The notes beneath the pieces were generated by a model. It worked only from the letters and a program-made list of their open reading frames with translations, searched no databases and was not told where the DNA came from. A stretch of DNA of 21,204 nt, taken from an uncultured bacterium (GTDB lineage: Bacteria; Schekmanbacteria; GWA2-38-11; J061). The stretch is from the NCBI GenBank assembly GCA_964549305.1, contig CAZJVM010000044.1, positions 1 to 21,204 of the forward strand. Reading direction: 5' to 3'. Shown here piece by piece: positions 19,818 through 21,204 of the stretch (position 1 is its first letter; each line of letters begins with the position of its first letter). The position numbers and the translations under genes were made by a program.

Positions 19818-20549
19818 ATGGATAATAACATACTATCCGCTGCACAGATTATCAAAAATGCCCGCAAGGTTTGCGCACTCACAGGCGCGGGGATTTCCGA
19901 AGAAAGCGGAATCGCGCCTTTCAGAGGAACCAACAGTATCTGGGAAAAGTACGACCCCGAAGAATACGCCTATATTGGCGCTTTTCTGAATAACCCCGCG
20001 AAGGTATGGCAGATGATTAGAGAGCTTATTGACATAATTTTCGAAGCAGAGCCAAACAAAGGACATATTGCCCTTGCCGAAATGGAAAAAGCCGGAAAGC
20101 TTAACTCAATCATCACGCAGAATGTTGACGGACTTCATCAGGCGGCGGGAAGCAGGAATGTGATAGAATTTCACGGGAACAATATGCGCCTCATCTGCCT
20201 GAAGTGCGATAAAATATTGAAAACCGAAAAGGAGTTATACAGGGAAATACCGCCCAGATGCCACTGCGGAGGAATATTGAGACCTGATGTTGTCTTTTTC
20301 GGCGAACCGATTCCGCAGCGCGCAATAACGGAATCTTACGCAGAGGCAAAAACCTGCGATATAATGCTTGTCATAGGCACTTCCGCGGTGGTAACGCCCG
20401 CGGCGGAAATTCCACTGACTGCCAGAGAAAACGGAGCTAAGATTATCGAAATAAACATAGAGAGCACTCCTTTGACAGGTATTGTTGCCGATATTTCTAT
20501 TTTTGGTAAGGCGGGGGAAGTGCTCCCGGAAATTTTAAAGAACTTGTGA
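19818..20549 (+). CDS. cobB: NAD-dependent protein deacylase (sirtuin, CobB/Sir2 family)
   Basis: LTGAGISEESGIAPFRG, ITQNVDGLH, catalytic EFHGN, Zn site CLKC..CHC, LRPDVVFFGE, IGTS and IEIN motifs. Confidence 0.95.
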   Translation: MDNNILSAAQIIKNARKVCALTGAGISEESGIAPFRGTNSIWEKYDPEEYAYIGAFLNNPAKVWQMIRELIDIIFEAEPNKGHIALAEMEKAGKLNSIITQNVDGLHQAAGSRNVIEFHGNNMRLICLKCDKILKTEKELYREIPPRCHCGGILRPDVVFFGEPIPQRAITESYAEAKTCDIMLVIGTSAVVTPAAEIPLTARENGAKIIEINIESTPLTGIVADISIFGKAGEVLPEILKNL

Positions 20550-20575
20550 TAAACTATCGAAACGAAAGATGAGAA

Positions 20576-21204
20576 ATGATGAAAGATACTGCTGAAGATA
20601 AAAATAAAATCTGGAATAAAACCTTTTCAACAGGTGCATACTCCCTGAATATGCCGGATAAGTTAGTAAGCGAATATATAGAGAATATTGAATCCGGACA
20701 ATGCGCCCTTGACCTTGGATGCGGACTGGGACGGCATATTTCAACTCTTTCGAAAAAGTGGAAAAAAACCTGCGCAGTTGATATTTCCGAGAAAGCGCTG
20801 GAAAATGCCGCGGCAAGCATGGGCACTTCCGGAGCGCTTCTTTCAAAAGGCAATATGCTCTGTCTCCCCTACCGCGAAAACACCTTTGATTTTATTCTTG
20901 CCTGGAGAGTGATTCACATCGGCACATTATCTGAATGCAGAAAAACAATTTCAGAAATATTCAGAGTGCTAAAACCCGGAGGAAGGCTTTTTGCAAGTCT
21001 CAGATCAGTTAAAAACACTCTCTATCATCTCGGAATGAAAAACGGCAAGAAGGTCGAGGAAGGCACATTCATTCTGAAAGAGAAGGGAGTGGAGGACGCC
21101 GTTTATCATTTTTTCGCGGATGATGAGATTGAAAGAGAATTTTCAAACTTCAGCATCGAGAACCTCACGGAAACCGAACTCGAGCACACCTCCTACACTG
21201 CCGG
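20576..21204 (+). CDS. Class I SAM-dependent methyltransferase, 3'-partial (runs off the window; not in the ORF track)
   Basis: Manual translation from ATG 20576 is open to the window end: MMKDTAEDKNKIWNK...ALDLGCGLGRH (motif I)...AVDISEKAL...GNMLCLPYRENTFDFI...EIFRVLKPGGRLF. Confidence 0.92.
   Translation, partial: MMKDTAEDKNKIWNKTFSTGAYSLNMPDKLVSEYIENIESGQCALDLGCGLGRHISTLSKKWKKTCAVDISEKALENAAASMGTSGALLSKGNMLCLPYRENTFDFILAWRVIHIGTLSECRKTISEIFRVLKPGGRLFASLRSVKNTLYHLGMKNGKKVEEGTFILKEKGVEDAVYHFFADDEIEREFSNFSIENLTETELEHTSYTA

Noticed and set aside
19818..20549. Sirtuin as an anti-phage NADase (Thoeris ThsA, DSR, SIR2-HerA)
   Set aside because: It is a stand-alone 243 aa canonical CobB with a Zn-binding module; no fused SLOG/Macro domain or TIR/HerA/pAgo neighbour is present.

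Overview
Bacterial chromosomal window from a moderately AT-rich, LPS-producing (diderm) organism, mostly housekeeping. The left end (1-~2300) looks accessory or eroded. It holds a frameshifted IS3-family transposase relic, an AlgI/PatA-type MBOAT O-acyltransferase with no intact partner gene, and a ~520 bp intergenic gap containing an inverted pair of 3x9-nt repeats. Next is a + strand block: GT9 heptosyltransferase (waaC-like), rsmA, kdsB, pyrG, maeB. A - strand block follows, in transcription order: NitT/TauT ABC transporter (lipoprotein SBP, permease, ATPase), TonB-family protein, cinA, tsaE, and a DHH/CBS tRNA nucleotidyltransferase. A near-consensus divergent promoter pair with a 19-bp palindrome separates the ABC operon from a soluble histidine kinase (pseudo-receiver, two GAF domains, Cys-rich DHp insertion). 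The kinase is followed by a sirtuin and a class I SAM methyltransferase that runs off the window and is absent from the ORF track. I saw no rRNA, tRNA or CRISPR array. Nothing here proves a new system. The best leads are the 9-nt-periodic inverted repeat, the atypical kinase-sirtuin-methyltransferase unit and the ABC-TonB operon with its candidate operator.
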